64,000 nt of DNA from an uncultured Candidatus Rokubacteria bacterium (lineage in GTDB: Bacteria > Methylomirabilota > Methylomirabilia > Rokubacteriales > CSP1-6): assembly GCA_963789955.1 (NCBI GenBank), contig CAWBMV010000034.1, positions 960,001 to 1,024,000 of the forward strand, written 5' to 3'. Below are positions 29,198 to 38,008 of the stretch, piece by piece; positions within the stretch are counted from its first letter, which is position 1, and each line of letters begins with the position of its first letter. The notes under the pieces are model-generated. The model ran no database searches. It was not told where the DNA came from and saw nothing but the letters and a program-made list of their open reading frames with translations. The position numbers and the translations under genes are program-made.

Positions 29198-30945
29198 GCG
29201 CGATCGACCCGATCACGCTCGGCGTCATCTGGGGCGCGCTCCAGTCGATCGCCGTCGAGATCGGCACGACGGTGCACCGCACCGCGTATTCGGAGCAGGC
29301 GCGTGAGGGCCAGGACTTCTCGGTCGCCGTCTTCGATCCCATCGGGCGAATGGTCGCGCAGGGGCCGTACTCGCCCGGCCACATGGGCGCGATGTCGTTC
29401 GCGGTGCGCAACGCGCTCGCCGCGCATCCGGTCGAGACCTTGCGGCCGGGCGACGCCGTGCTCTTGAACGATCCGCTCCTCGGCTCCGGTCATCTGCCGG
29501 ACTTCTTCATCACGCAGCCCGCGTTCCACGACGGCGCGCTCGTGGGATTCGCCGTGAACATCCTCCACCACACGGACGTCGGCGGTCAGCGGCCGGGCAG
29601 CCAGGGCGTCGAAGGCATCTTCGACTATTTCCAGGAAGGACTGCGCATCCCGCCGACCAAGGTCTGGAAGGAATACCAGGAGCAGGAGGGCATCGTCGGG
29701 ATCATCGCCGCGAACACGCGCACTCCCGACAAGGTCCTCGGCGACCTGCGCGCCCAGCGAAGCGCGCTCCGCGTCGGCGAGCTCAGACTGCAAGAATTGG
29801 CGGCGCGGTATGGACGCGAGACCCTCCTGGCCGGGATGGACGAGATCATCGCGCGGACCGAGGCCAGCATGCGCGCGGCCATCGAGAAGATCCCCGACGG
29901 CGTCTATCGCTTCGAGGACTTCATGGACGACTGCGGCCCCGGCACCGAGCCGTTGCGCGTCGCCGTGACGGTGACCGTCGACGGCAGCTCGATGGTCATC
30001 GACTACGAGGGCTCGAGCCCGCAGACCGCGTCCGGCATGAACTCCTACATCAACTACACGCGCTCGTACTCGTACGCCGCCGTGAAGTGTCTCACCGACC
30101 CGCTGGGGCCGATGAACGAGGGCGCGTTGCGCCCGATCACCGTGAAGGCGCCGGAGGGGTCCTTTCTGAATCCGCGGCCGCCCGCGGGCGGGGGACCGCG
30201 CGCGATCATCTGCTACCGCACGTTCGAGTCGGTGCTCGGCGCCCTCGCCCCCGCGCTGCCCGATCGCGTGGCCGCGGCGGCCTCGCACATGGCGAACCCG
30301 ACCTTCGGTGGCTGGGACCGCGCGCGGCGCCGGCGCTTCGTCGCCTACGAGCTCGTGCTGTCGGGGACGGGCGCGCGCGCCGCCAAGGACGGCTGCGAGG
30401 CGATGTCGTGGGCGTTCAACGCCGCCAACATCCCGGTCGAGGCGCAGGAGGCCAATCAGCCGATCGTGGTCGAGCGCTTCGAGCTGATCGGCGATTCCGG
30501 CGGGGCCGGCAAATTCCGTGGCGGGTGCGGTGTCCGGCGCGACCTGCGGCTGCTCGGCGACGAGGGCAAGCTGACGAATCTGTCCGACCGCCAGAAGTTC
30601 GCGCCGTACGGTCTCGGCGGCGGCCGGCCCGGACGCCTGGGCCTCACCGTCCTCAACCCCGGACCGGGCGAGCAGATCGTCCACGGCAAGCAGTCGCGCG
30701 AGTTCGCGTACGGCGACGTCGTCTCGTTCCAGCAGTCGGGCGCCGGCGGCTACGGCGATCCGTTCGAGCGCGATCCGCGGCGCGTCCTGGACGACGTCCT
30801 CGACGACTACGTGTCGATCGAGGCCGCGCGCCGCGAGTACGGCGTCGTGATCGCCGGAACCGGCGCCGATCTCTCCGTCGACGACGGCGCGACCCGACGG
30901 CCGCGGAGCCGGTCCAAGCCGACCTCGGAGCGCCCGTCACCGTGA
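29194..30945 (+). CDS. Hydantoinase B / 5-oxoprolinase subunit
   Basis: DPITLGVIWGAL, NDPLLGSGHLPD, HHTDVGG, QEGLRIPP, GGYGDP. Confidence 0.9.
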   Translation: MSAIDPITLGVIWGALQSIAVEIGTTVHRTAYSEQAREGQDFSVAVFDPIGRMVAQGPYSPGHMGAMSFAVRNALAAHPVETLRPGDAVLLNDPLLGSGHLPDFFITQPAFHDGALVGFAVNILHHTDVGGQRPGSQGVEGIFDYFQEGLRIPPTKVWKEYQEQEGIVGIIAANTRTPDKVLGDLRAQRSALRVGELRLQELAARYGRETLLAGMDEIIARTEASMRAAIEKIPDGVYRFEDFMDDCGPGTEPLRVAVTVTVDGSSMVIDYEGSSPQTASGMNSYINYTRSYSYAAVKCLTDPLGPMNEGALRPITVKAPEGSFLNPRPPAGGGPRAIICYRTFESVLGALAPALPDRVAAAASHMANPTFGGWDRARRRRFVAYELVLSGTGARAAKDGCEAMSWAFNAANIPVEAQEANQPIVVERFELIGDSGGAGKFRGGCGVRRDLRLLGDEGKLTNLSDRQKFAPYGLGGGRPGRLGLTVLNPGPGEQIVHGKQSREFAYGDVVSFQQSGAGGYGDPFERDPRRVLDDVLDDYVSIEAARREYGVVIAGTGADLSVDDGATRRPRSRSKPTSERPSP

Positions 30946-31048
30946 ACCAGAGCCGAACGACGCAACCGAAGGGATCGGGCATGCGGAGCTTCGCCGCGCC
31001 TATCTCAGGCCACCCCGGGTCCAAGCCGGCCTCGAGGTCCCCGCTACA

Positions 31049-32209
31049 ATGATCGCCTTCACCCCAGAGCAGGAAGACTTCCGCAAGGCGGTCGCGCGAT
31101 TCGTCGACGCCGAGGTGGTGCCGGCGGCCGAGACGATCGACGAGCGCGCCGAGTTCCCGACCAAGCTCTTCAAGCGCATCGGCGAGCTCGGCTATCTCGG
31201 GCTGCGCTATCCCGAGGCCTACGGCGGCGCCGACGCCGACATGGTCACGTACTGTCTCTTCGCCGAGGAGCTGGCGCGCGGCTCCCTGTCGGTGGCGGCC
31301 GCGGCGGCGATGCAATCGCTGATGGGCACGTATTTCGTCTACAAGTACGGCTCCGAGCCGCTCCGCCAGCGCTATCTGGTTCCGGCCCTGCGGGGTGATC
31401 TGATCGCGACCTTCGCGCTCACGGAGCCGAACGCCGGCTCGGACGTCGCGAACATCACGACGCGCGCCGAGCGCCGCGGTGACCGATACGTCCTGCGCGG
31501 CACGAAGACGTGGGTGACCAGCGCGCCGGTGGCCGACCTGTTGACGGTGGCCGCCAAGACGTCGGACGAGCGCGGCATGAAGTCCATCGCGCTCTTCCTG
31601 CTCGACCGCTCGGCGACGCGCGGGATCACGCTCGGCAAGGCGATCGAGAAGATGTCGGTGCGCGGCTCGGTGACCGGCGAGATCGTCCTCGACGACGTCG
31701 AGGTTCCGGCCGAGCACCTGCTGGGCGGCGAGACGGGCGGTGTCGAGAAGATCGGCACCATTCTCTCGGAGATCCGGGTGATGACCGCCGCGATCTCCGT
31801 GGGGCTGGCCCGCGCCGCGTACCAGGCCGCGCTCGGCTACGCGCGCGAGCGGACCGCCTTCGGCAAGCCGATCGTGGAGCACCAGGCCATCGGCTTCAAG
31901 CTCGCCGACATGCTGACCTCGCTCCACGCCGCCATCCTCGTGACCTATCAGGCGGCGGCGCGGCTCGACGCGGGGCGGAGCATCGCGCGCGAGGCGGCGA
32001 TGGCGAAGCTCTTCGCCTCCGAGACCGCGGTCAAGATCACGGACGAAGCGGCCAGGATCTTCGCCTCCTACGGGCTCGCGATGGAGTATCCGGTCCAGCG
32101 CTACTTCCGGGACGCGCGCTTCCTCCTGCCGGGAGGAGGCACCTCCGAGATCCTGCGCGTGATCATCGGGCGCGATCTCGACTGGGACCGAGGCCCGGCA
32201 TTCGCCTGA
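31049..32209 (+). CDS. Acyl-CoA dehydrogenase
   Basis: LTEPNAGSD, ERTAFGKPI, GGGTSEI (catalytic Glu not at the MCAD position). Confidence 0.9.
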   Translation: MIAFTPEQEDFRKAVARFVDAEVVPAAETIDERAEFPTKLFKRIGELGYLGLRYPEAYGGADADMVTYCLFAEELARGSLSVAAAAAMQSLMGTYFVYKYGSEPLRQRYLVPALRGDLIATFALTEPNAGSDVANITTRAERRGDRYVLRGTKTWVTSAPVADLLTVAAKTSDERGMKSIALFLLDRSATRGITLGKAIEKMSVRGSVTGEIVLDDVEVPAEHLLGGETGGVEKIGTILSEIRVMTAAISVGLARAAYQAALGYARERTAFGKPIVEHQAIGFKLADMLTSLHAAILVTYQAAARLDAGRSIAREAAMAKLFASETAVKITDEAARIFASYGLAMEYPVQRYFRDARFLLPGGGTSEILRVIIGRDLDWDRGPAFA

Positions 32210-32235
32210 ACACCTAGCCCCTGACGGGAGGAACG

Positions 32236-32688
32236 ATGCAATCACGCGGACGCTTCTTCGAGGATTTCAAGGTCGGCGAGGTGCTCGTGACCGGCCGCCG
32301 CACGGTGGAGGGCGGCGACGTCTCGCGCTTCGCGGGCCTGACCGGCGACTTCAACCCGCTGCACACCGACGAGGTGTTCGCCGCGCAAACGCCGTTCGGC
32401 GCCCGCGTGGCTCACGGTATCCTGACTCTCGCGGTGTCCAACGGGCAGCAGAACCTCTCGGGCTGGTTCGAGGGCACGGCCCTGGCGCTCCTCGGGCTCG
32501 ACCGGCTGCGGTTCACCGCGCCGGTGAAGTTCGGCGACACCATCAACACCGAGATGACGGTCAAGCAGGCGCGCGAGTCCGCCAAGGGCGACCGCGGCGT
32601 CGTGACCTTCGACGTCGTGGTGAAGAATCAGCGCGGCGAGGTGGTCTGCACCTACGAGGAGAACGTGCTCATGCGGAGGCGCGGGTGA
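32236..32688 (+). CDS. MaoC-family (R)-specific enoyl-CoA hydratase/dehydratase
   Basis: [19 protein letters not shown]. Confidence 0.9.
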   Translation: MQSRGRFFEDFKVGEVLVTGRRTVEGGDVSRFAGLTGDFNPLHTDEVFAAQTPFGARVAHGILTLAVSNGQQNLSGWFEGTALALLGLDRLRFTAPVKFGDTINTEMTVKQARESAKGDRGVVTFDVVVKNQRGEVVCTYEENVLMRRRG

Positions 32689-33428
32689 AGCTCCGGGACC
32701 GGATCGCGCTGGTCACGGGCGCGGCGAGCGGGATCGGCGCCGCGACGGCGCGTCGGTTCGCGCGCGAAGGCGCGACGGTCGCGATCAACGACGCGAAGCC
32801 CGAAGGGCTCGACGCGGTCGCCGGCGAGATCCGCGCGGCCGGCGCGAAGGCGCTGGTGCTGCCGGGCGACGTGACGAAGAAGGCCGACTGCGAGCGGATC
32901 GTGCAGGACGTCACCCGGACGTTCGGCCGGCTCGACATCCTGATCAACAACGCCGGGATCAATCGCGACGCGATGGCCGCCAAGATGACCGAGGAGCAGT
33001 GGGATGCGGTCCTGTCGGTGAACCTCAAGGGCACGTTCCTGTGCGCCCAGGCGGCGCTTCCGGGGATGCGCGAGCGGGCCTGGGGGCGGGTCGTCAACAC
33101 CTCGTCCATCGGCTCGCTCGGCAACATCGGGCAGGCGAACTACGCGGCGTCGAAGGCCGGCGTCATCGGGCTCACGAAGACGCTCGCGCTGGAATACGCC
33201 AAGTACGGCGTGACCGTGAACGCGATCGCGCCGGGGCCGGTCATGACGGCGATGCTGGCCGGCGTCCCGGAGGCGATCCGGGAGCGCATCATCGCCCAGG
33301 TGCCGGTCGGGAGAATCGCGTCGCCCGACGAGATCGCGGGGGTGCACGTGTTTCTCGCGTCGGACGATGCCGCGTTCATCACCGGGCAGGTCATCTTCGC
33401 CGACGGCGGGATGTCGGTGGGGATCTGA
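32685..33428 (+). CDS. SDR, FabG-like 3-oxoacyl-(CoA/ACP) reductase
   Basis: [17 protein letters not shown]. Confidence 0.9.
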   Translation: MKLRDRIALVTGAASGIGAATARRFAREGATVAINDAKPEGLDAVAGEIRAAGAKALVLPGDVTKKADCERIVQDVTRTFGRLDILINNAGINRDAMAAKMTEEQWDAVLSVNLKGTFLCAQAALPGMRERAWGRVVNTSSIGSLGNIGQANYAASKAGVIGLTKTLALEYAKYGVTVNAIAPGPVMTAMLAGVPEAIRERIIAQVPVGRIASPDEIAGVHVFLASDDAAFITGQVIFADGGMSVGI

Positions 33429-33437
33429 GAGGCGGTC

Positions 33438-34607
33438 ATGAGAAACGTCGCGCTGATCGGAGCGGGGGTCTCGAAGTTCGGCGTTCGGAAGGCGAGCTAT
33501 CGCGACCTGATCTGGGAGGCCGGCAAGGCGTGCTTCGACAGCGTGCCGGCGGTCAAGCCCAAAGACGTCGAAGGTCTCGTCGTCGGGTCGGTCATGCCGG
33601 AGCGGACGGCGTTCCAGTCCCACATCTCGTCGATGGCCGCCGAGGCCCTCGGGATCAGGCCGAGCGCCTTGAGCGCGCGCACGGAGCACATGTGCGCCTC
33701 GGGCACGGTCGGCATTCGCTATGCCTATGCCTTCATCGCCGCCGGACTGGCGGATCTCGTCATGGTGCTCGGCGTGGAGAAGCTGAACCAGCCGAACGGC
33801 GACGAGGCGATCCTGAACATGGGGACGGGTGTCGATCGCGAGTGGGAGGCCTCGTTCGGGCTCACCGCGCCGCCCTGCTTCGCGCTGGCCGCGCAGCGCC
33901 ACATCGCGGAGTACGGGACCACCGAGGAGCAGCTCGCGATGGTCGGCGTGAAGAACCACACGCACGCCTCGAAGAACCCCAACGCGCATTTTCAGCGGGG
34001 CGCGACGCTCGAGCAGGTGCTCGGCTCGCGCATGATCTCCTCGCCGCTCCGGCTCTTCATGTGCTCGCCGATCACCGACGGGGCGGCCGCGGTGCTGGTC
34101 GCGTCGGAGGAGCGCGCGCGCGAATTCACCGACCACCCGGTGTGGATCCGCGGCACCGGCCAGGCGCTCGACGGGTTCCAGCTGACGTCGCTTCACGAGG
34201 ACTACGCGCACTGGCCGGCGCTCGCGCGCGCGGCGCAGTCGGCCTACGGGATGGCGGGCGTGCGGGCGCAGGACATCGACGTCGCCGAGGTCCACGACTG
34301 CTTCGCGATCGCCGAGCTGATCGCCTACGAGGAGCTCGGGTTCTGCCGCAAGGGTGAGGCCGGCGCCTTCGTCGCCGACGGTCGAAGCGACTACGGCGGC
34401 GACGTCGTGGTGAACCCGCGCGGCGGACTCATGGGCTGCGGACATCCGCTCGGCGCCACCGGCGTCGCGCAGGCGGCCGAGGTGTTCGCTCAGCTCCGCG
34501 GCGAGGCCGGCGCCCGCCAGGTCCCGGACGCATCGGTCGGTCTCACGCACAACAACAGCGGGATGGGCGAGCACGTGGTCATGATCTACGGCCGCGAGCG
34601 TCGATGA
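33438..34607 (+). CDS. Thiolase (SCP2/archaeal type)
   Basis: EHMCASG, CSPITDGAAA, HDCF, GHPLGATG. Confidence 0.9.
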   Translation: MRNVALIGAGVSKFGVRKASYRDLIWEAGKACFDSVPAVKPKDVEGLVVGSVMPERTAFQSHISSMAAEALGIRPSALSARTEHMCASGTVGIRYAYAFIAAGLADLVMVLGVEKLNQPNGDEAILNMGTGVDREWEASFGLTAPPCFALAAQRHIAEYGTTEEQLAMVGVKNHTHASKNPNAHFQRGATLEQVLGSRMISSPLRLFMCSPITDGAAAVLVASEERAREFTDHPVWIRGTGQALDGFQLTSLHEDYAHWPALARAAQSAYGMAGVRAQDIDVAEVHDCFAIAELIAYEELGFCRKGEAGAFVADGRSDYGGDVVVNPRGGLMGCGHPLGATGVAQAAEVFAQLRGEAGARQVPDASVGLTHNNSGMGEHVVMIYGRERR

Positions 34608-35557
34608 AGCACGTCGCGGTCCTCGGGCCGGGAAGGATCGGGCGCCAGATCGCGCTCGCCTTCGCCCTCGGCGGGAGCCGCGTGTCCCTGGTCGACGTCA
34701 AGACTCGTCCGGCCGGCGGCGCCGCCGCGGTGTTCGCCGATGCGCGACGCGAGGTCCGCCGAGACCTCACGTTGATGGCCGAGGAGGGCGTGATCCAGCG
34801 CGCCGAGATCGAGCCGGCGCTCGGCCGAATCGACGACCGGACCGGGCTCGAAGGCCTCGAAGGCTGCGGGTTCGTGCAGGAAGCGCTGCCCGAGCTCGTC
34901 GACCTCAAGCGCGACGTTCTCGGGCGAGTGTCGGCGGCCGTCTCGCCCGAGACGATCATCGCCTCGACCAGCTCCACGATCTCGCCGAAGCACATGGCCG
35001 ACGCGGTCCGCGGCCCCGAGCGCTTCCTCGTCGTCCACTGGCTGAACCCGGCGCACATCATCCCGCTCGTGGAGGTCGTACCCGGACAGGCGACCGCGAG
35101 CACGGTCGTCGAGCGGACCATCGCCGCCCTCGAGAAGCTCGGCAAGGTTCCCGTGCGCTGCGCCGACTCGCCCGGATTCATCGGACCCCGGATGCAGGCG
35201 CTGCTGATGAACGAGGCCGTGCGTCTGGTCGAGGAAGGCGTCGCGACGCCGGAAGACGTCGACCGCGCCTTCAAGGCCGGCATGGGGTTTCGCTACGCGA
35301 CGGTCGGCATCTTCGAGTTCATCGACTGGGGCGGCGTCGACATCCTCCACCGCGCGAGCGGGTTCCTGGCCAAGGCGCTCGGCGACGACCGCTTTCGCGC
35401 CGCGCGGCTGGTCGAGGAGAAAATCGCGCGCAACGAGCTCGGCCCGAAGACCGGGCGCGGCTTCTTCGACTACGCGGGCGATCGGCGCGAGGCGTTCGAG
35501 ACCGCCAAGGTGCGCGACCTGCTCCGCCAGCTCCGGCGCCGGCGGGAGACGACGTGA
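34604..35557 (+). CDS. 3-hydroxyacyl-CoA dehydrogenase
   Basis: GPGRIG, EALPE, STSST, HWLNPA, FIDWGG. Confidence 0.85.
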   Translation: MKHVAVLGPGRIGRQIALAFALGGSRVSLVDVKTRPAGGAAAVFADARREVRRDLTLMAEEGVIQRAEIEPALGRIDDRTGLEGLEGCGFVQEALPELVDLKRDVLGRVSAAVSPETIIASTSSTISPKHMADAVRGPERFLVVHWLNPAHIIPLVEVVPGQATASTVVERTIAALEKLGKVPVRCADSPGFIGPRMQALLMNEAVRLVEEGVATPEDVDRAFKAGMGFRYATVGIFEFIDWGGVDILHRASGFLAKALGDDRFRAARLVEEKIARNELGPKTGRGFFDYAGDRREAFETAKVRDLLRQLRRRRETT

Positions 35558-35982
35558 GCTACTTCCGGGCCACCGATCCGTTTCCGCTGGAGTCGGCCGA
35601 GCACACGAAGCTCCACGAGTTCTACGCGCGGCTCGCCGCCGGGCGGCTGGCGACGACGCGGTGCGCGGGCTGCAAGCGGCTCGCCTGGCCGCCGCGCGCG
35701 TTCTGTGGTGAATGCGGCTCGGACGCGTTCGACTGGGTCGACCTGTCGGGTGAAGGCACGATCCACGCGTTCACGATTCAGGAGGTGGGATTGCCCGGCG
35801 GCTTCGCGGGCCCGCGCGTCTTCGCGATCGTGAAGATCGATGGCCTCCGCGTGTTCTCGATCCTGGTCGACGCCGAGCCGGCGAAGGTGGCGATCGGCCA
35901 GGCCGTCCGCGTGTCGCCGCTCAGGGTCGCCGACGACCCGAACGGCAACGCGCGCTGGCTGCCGGCGTTCCGTCCGGCATGA
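35554..35982 (+). CDS. DUF35 Zn-ribbon/OB-fold acyl-CoA-binding thiolase partner
   Basis: CAGC...[19 protein letters not shown]. Confidence 0.85.
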   Translation: MSYFRATDPFPLESAEHTKLHEFYARLAAGRLATTRCAGCKRLAWPPRAFCGECGSDAFDWVDLSGEGTIHAFTIQEVGLPGGFAGPRVFAIVKIDGLRVFSILVDAEPAKVAIGQAVRVSPLRVADDPNGNARWLPAFRPA

Positions 35983-36362
35983 AGGTGCTGATCGCCAAGC
36001 CCGGGCTCGACGGCCACGATCGGGGCGCCAAGGTCGTGGCCCACGCGCTCCGCGACGCGGGATTCGAGGTGGTCTACTCCGGACTCAAGCGGACGCCGGA
36101 CGAGATCGTGCGGGAAGCGATCCAGGAGGACGTCGACGTCATCGGTCTCTCGGTGCTCTCGGGCGCCCACCTCTTGCTGGCGCGCCGGATCATCGACGGG
36201 CTGCGGGCCCAGGACGCCGGCGACATCGCGGTGGTCGTCGGGGGTATCATTCCTCCGCGTGACGTCGAGGCGCTGAAGCAGCTGGGCGTGCGCCACGTGT
36301 TCCCGATGGGGACGCCGCTCCCCGACATCGTGAAGGCGTTCAAGAAGGAGCCGCCGCGTTGA
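35979..36362 (+). CDS. Cobalamin-binding subunit of acyl-CoA mutase
   Basis: [25 protein letters not shown]. Confidence 0.95.
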   Translation: MKVLIAKPGLDGHDRGAKVVAHALRDAGFEVVYSGLKRTPDEIVREAIQEDVDVIGLSVLSGAHLLLARRIIDGLRAQDAGDIAVVVGGIIPPRDVEALKQLGVRHVFPMGTPLPDIVKAFKKEPPR

Positions 36363-36410
36363 TTCCGCCGTGGGTCGACTTTCTCGAGCGATAGGGTCCA
36401 GGAGAACACG

Positions 36411-38006
36411 ATGAAAGAGATCAAAGCGCACGCCGGCTTCCCGATCGCACCGGTCTATGGTCCCGAGGACGTCGCGGGTGTCGACTTCGACCGCGACATC
36501 GGGCGGCCCGGCGAGTATCCGTACACGCGCGGGATCCACAAGCACATGTACCGCGACCGGCTCTGGACGATGCGCCAGTACGTCGGCTTCGGCACGCCGG
36601 CGGAGACCAACGCCCGATTCAAGTACCTGATGGCGCACGGGCAGGATGCGCTCAACGTCGCCTTCGACCTGCCGACGCAGCTCGGCCTCGACTCCGACGA
36701 TCCCAAGGCGGAAGGCGAGGTCGGTCGGGTCGGGATGGCGGTCGACACGCTCGCCGACATGGAGGAAGCGTTCGCCGGCATCCCGCTCGACCGCGTGAGC
36801 GTGTCGCTCACGATCAACGGCATGGCCGCGCCGATCACCGCCATGTACTACGCCGTCGCCGAGAAGCAGGGCGTGGCCGCCGAGCGCGTGGTCACCACGC
36901 CGCAGAACGACATCCTGAAAGAGTTCATCGCACGGGGCACGTGGATCTATCCGGTCGATCCCTCGCTGCGCCTCGTCGCGGATCTCATCGAGTTCTCGGC
37001 GCGCCACTATCCGCGCGCCAACCCCGTGTCCGTCTGCGGCTATCACATCCGCGAGGCCGGGTGCACCACCGCGCAGGAGATGGCGTACGGTCTGGCGATC
37101 GCCGCCGCCTACATCGAGCTGATGCTCGCGCGCGGCCTGGCGGTGGACGACTTCGCGCCGCGGATCTCGTTCAACTTCACCGCCTGGGGAAAGATCTTCG
37201 AGGAGGTCGCGAAGTTCCGCGCGGGGCGGCGGCTCTACGCGCGTATGCTCCGCGAGCGCTTCCACGCGTCCAATCCGAAATCGTGGATGTTCCGGAGCCT
37301 GATCGGCGGCGGCGGCTCGGCGTTCGCGGTCCAGGAGCCCGAGAACAACATCGTGCGCGGCGCGTACATCGCGCTCGCCGCGTCGCTCTCGGGCGCGCAG
37401 ACGATGGCGCTGCCGACCTACGACGAGGCGTACACCATCCCGTCGCCCAAGGCTCAGCTGATCGCGCTGCGCACGATGCAGATCTGCGCCGAGGAGTCGG
37501 GCGCGGCCGACACGGTGGATCCGCTCGCCGGCTCGTACTACGTGGAGTCCCTCACCAACGCGATGGAGAAGCGGATCGGGGAGGAGCTGGCGAGCGTCGA
37601 GCGCATGGGCGGCATCGTCGAGGCCGTCCGGACCGGCGCGATCCAGGCGGAGGTGGCGCGCCAGGCGTACCTGTACGAGCAGAGGGTCGTCTCGGGCGAG
37701 ATCCCGCGCGTCGCGGTCAACTGCCACGTCGGCGACGTCCCCGCCGAGGCCGATCGCGAGGTGGAGCTCTACGCCTTCGATTCGAAGGCGCACGCCGCTC
37801 AGCTGGCCAAGCTCGAGCGTACCCGCGCCCAGCGGGACGGCAGCGCGGCGCGGACGGCGCTGCGCCGGGTGGCCGAGGCGGCGCGCGGACGAGACAATCT
37901 GATGGACCCGATCATGGAAGCCGTGAAGGCGTACGCGACGCTCGGCGAGATCGCCCAGGCCATGCGCGACGTGTTCGGCGAGCACAAGGAAGCCGTGAAG
38001 TTCTGA
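36411..38006 (+). CDS. B12-dependent acyl-CoA mutase, substrate-binding subunit (MCM family, altered pocket)
   Basis: PGEYPYTRG, RQYVGF, QNDILKEFIARG, GYHIREAG, DPLAGSY. Confidence 0.9.
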   Translation: MKEIKAHAGFPIAPVYGPEDVAGVDFDRDIGRPGEYPYTRGIHKHMYRDRLWTMRQYVGFGTPAETNARFKYLMAHGQDALNVAFDLPTQLGLDSDDPKAEGEVGRVGMAVDTLADMEEAFAGIPLDRVSVSLTINGMAAPITAMYYAVAEKQGVAAERVVTTPQNDILKEFIARGTWIYPVDPSLRLVADLIEFSARHYPRANPVSVCGYHIREAGCTTAQEMAYGLAIAAAYIELMLARGLAVDDFAPRISFNFTAWGKIFEEVAKFRAGRRLYARMLRERFHASNPKSWMFRSLIGGGGSAFAVQEPENNIVRGAYIALAASLSGAQTMALPTYDEAYTIPSPKAQLIALRTMQICAEESGAADTVDPLAGSYYVESLTNAMEKRIGEELASVERMGGIVEAVRTGAIQAEVARQAYLYEQRVVSGEIPRVAVNCHVGDVPAEADREVELYAFDSKAHAAQLAKLERTRAQRDGSAARTALRRVAEAARGRDNLMDPIMEAVKAYATLGEIAQAMRDVFGEHKEAVKF

Positions 38007-38008
38007 CG

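Noticed and set aside
27604..30945. Apparent 1113-aa hydantoinase B and 1117-aa Mo protein (36941-40294) with long N-terminal extensions
   Set aside because: The extensions are Arg-rich off-frame read-through of the upstream genes; real starts are at 29194 and 38009
36411..38006. Canonical methylmalonyl-CoA or isobutyryl-CoA mutase
   Set aside because: Pocket residues differ from MCM, Tyr89 is retained unlike ICM, and no epimerase or meaB is adjacent
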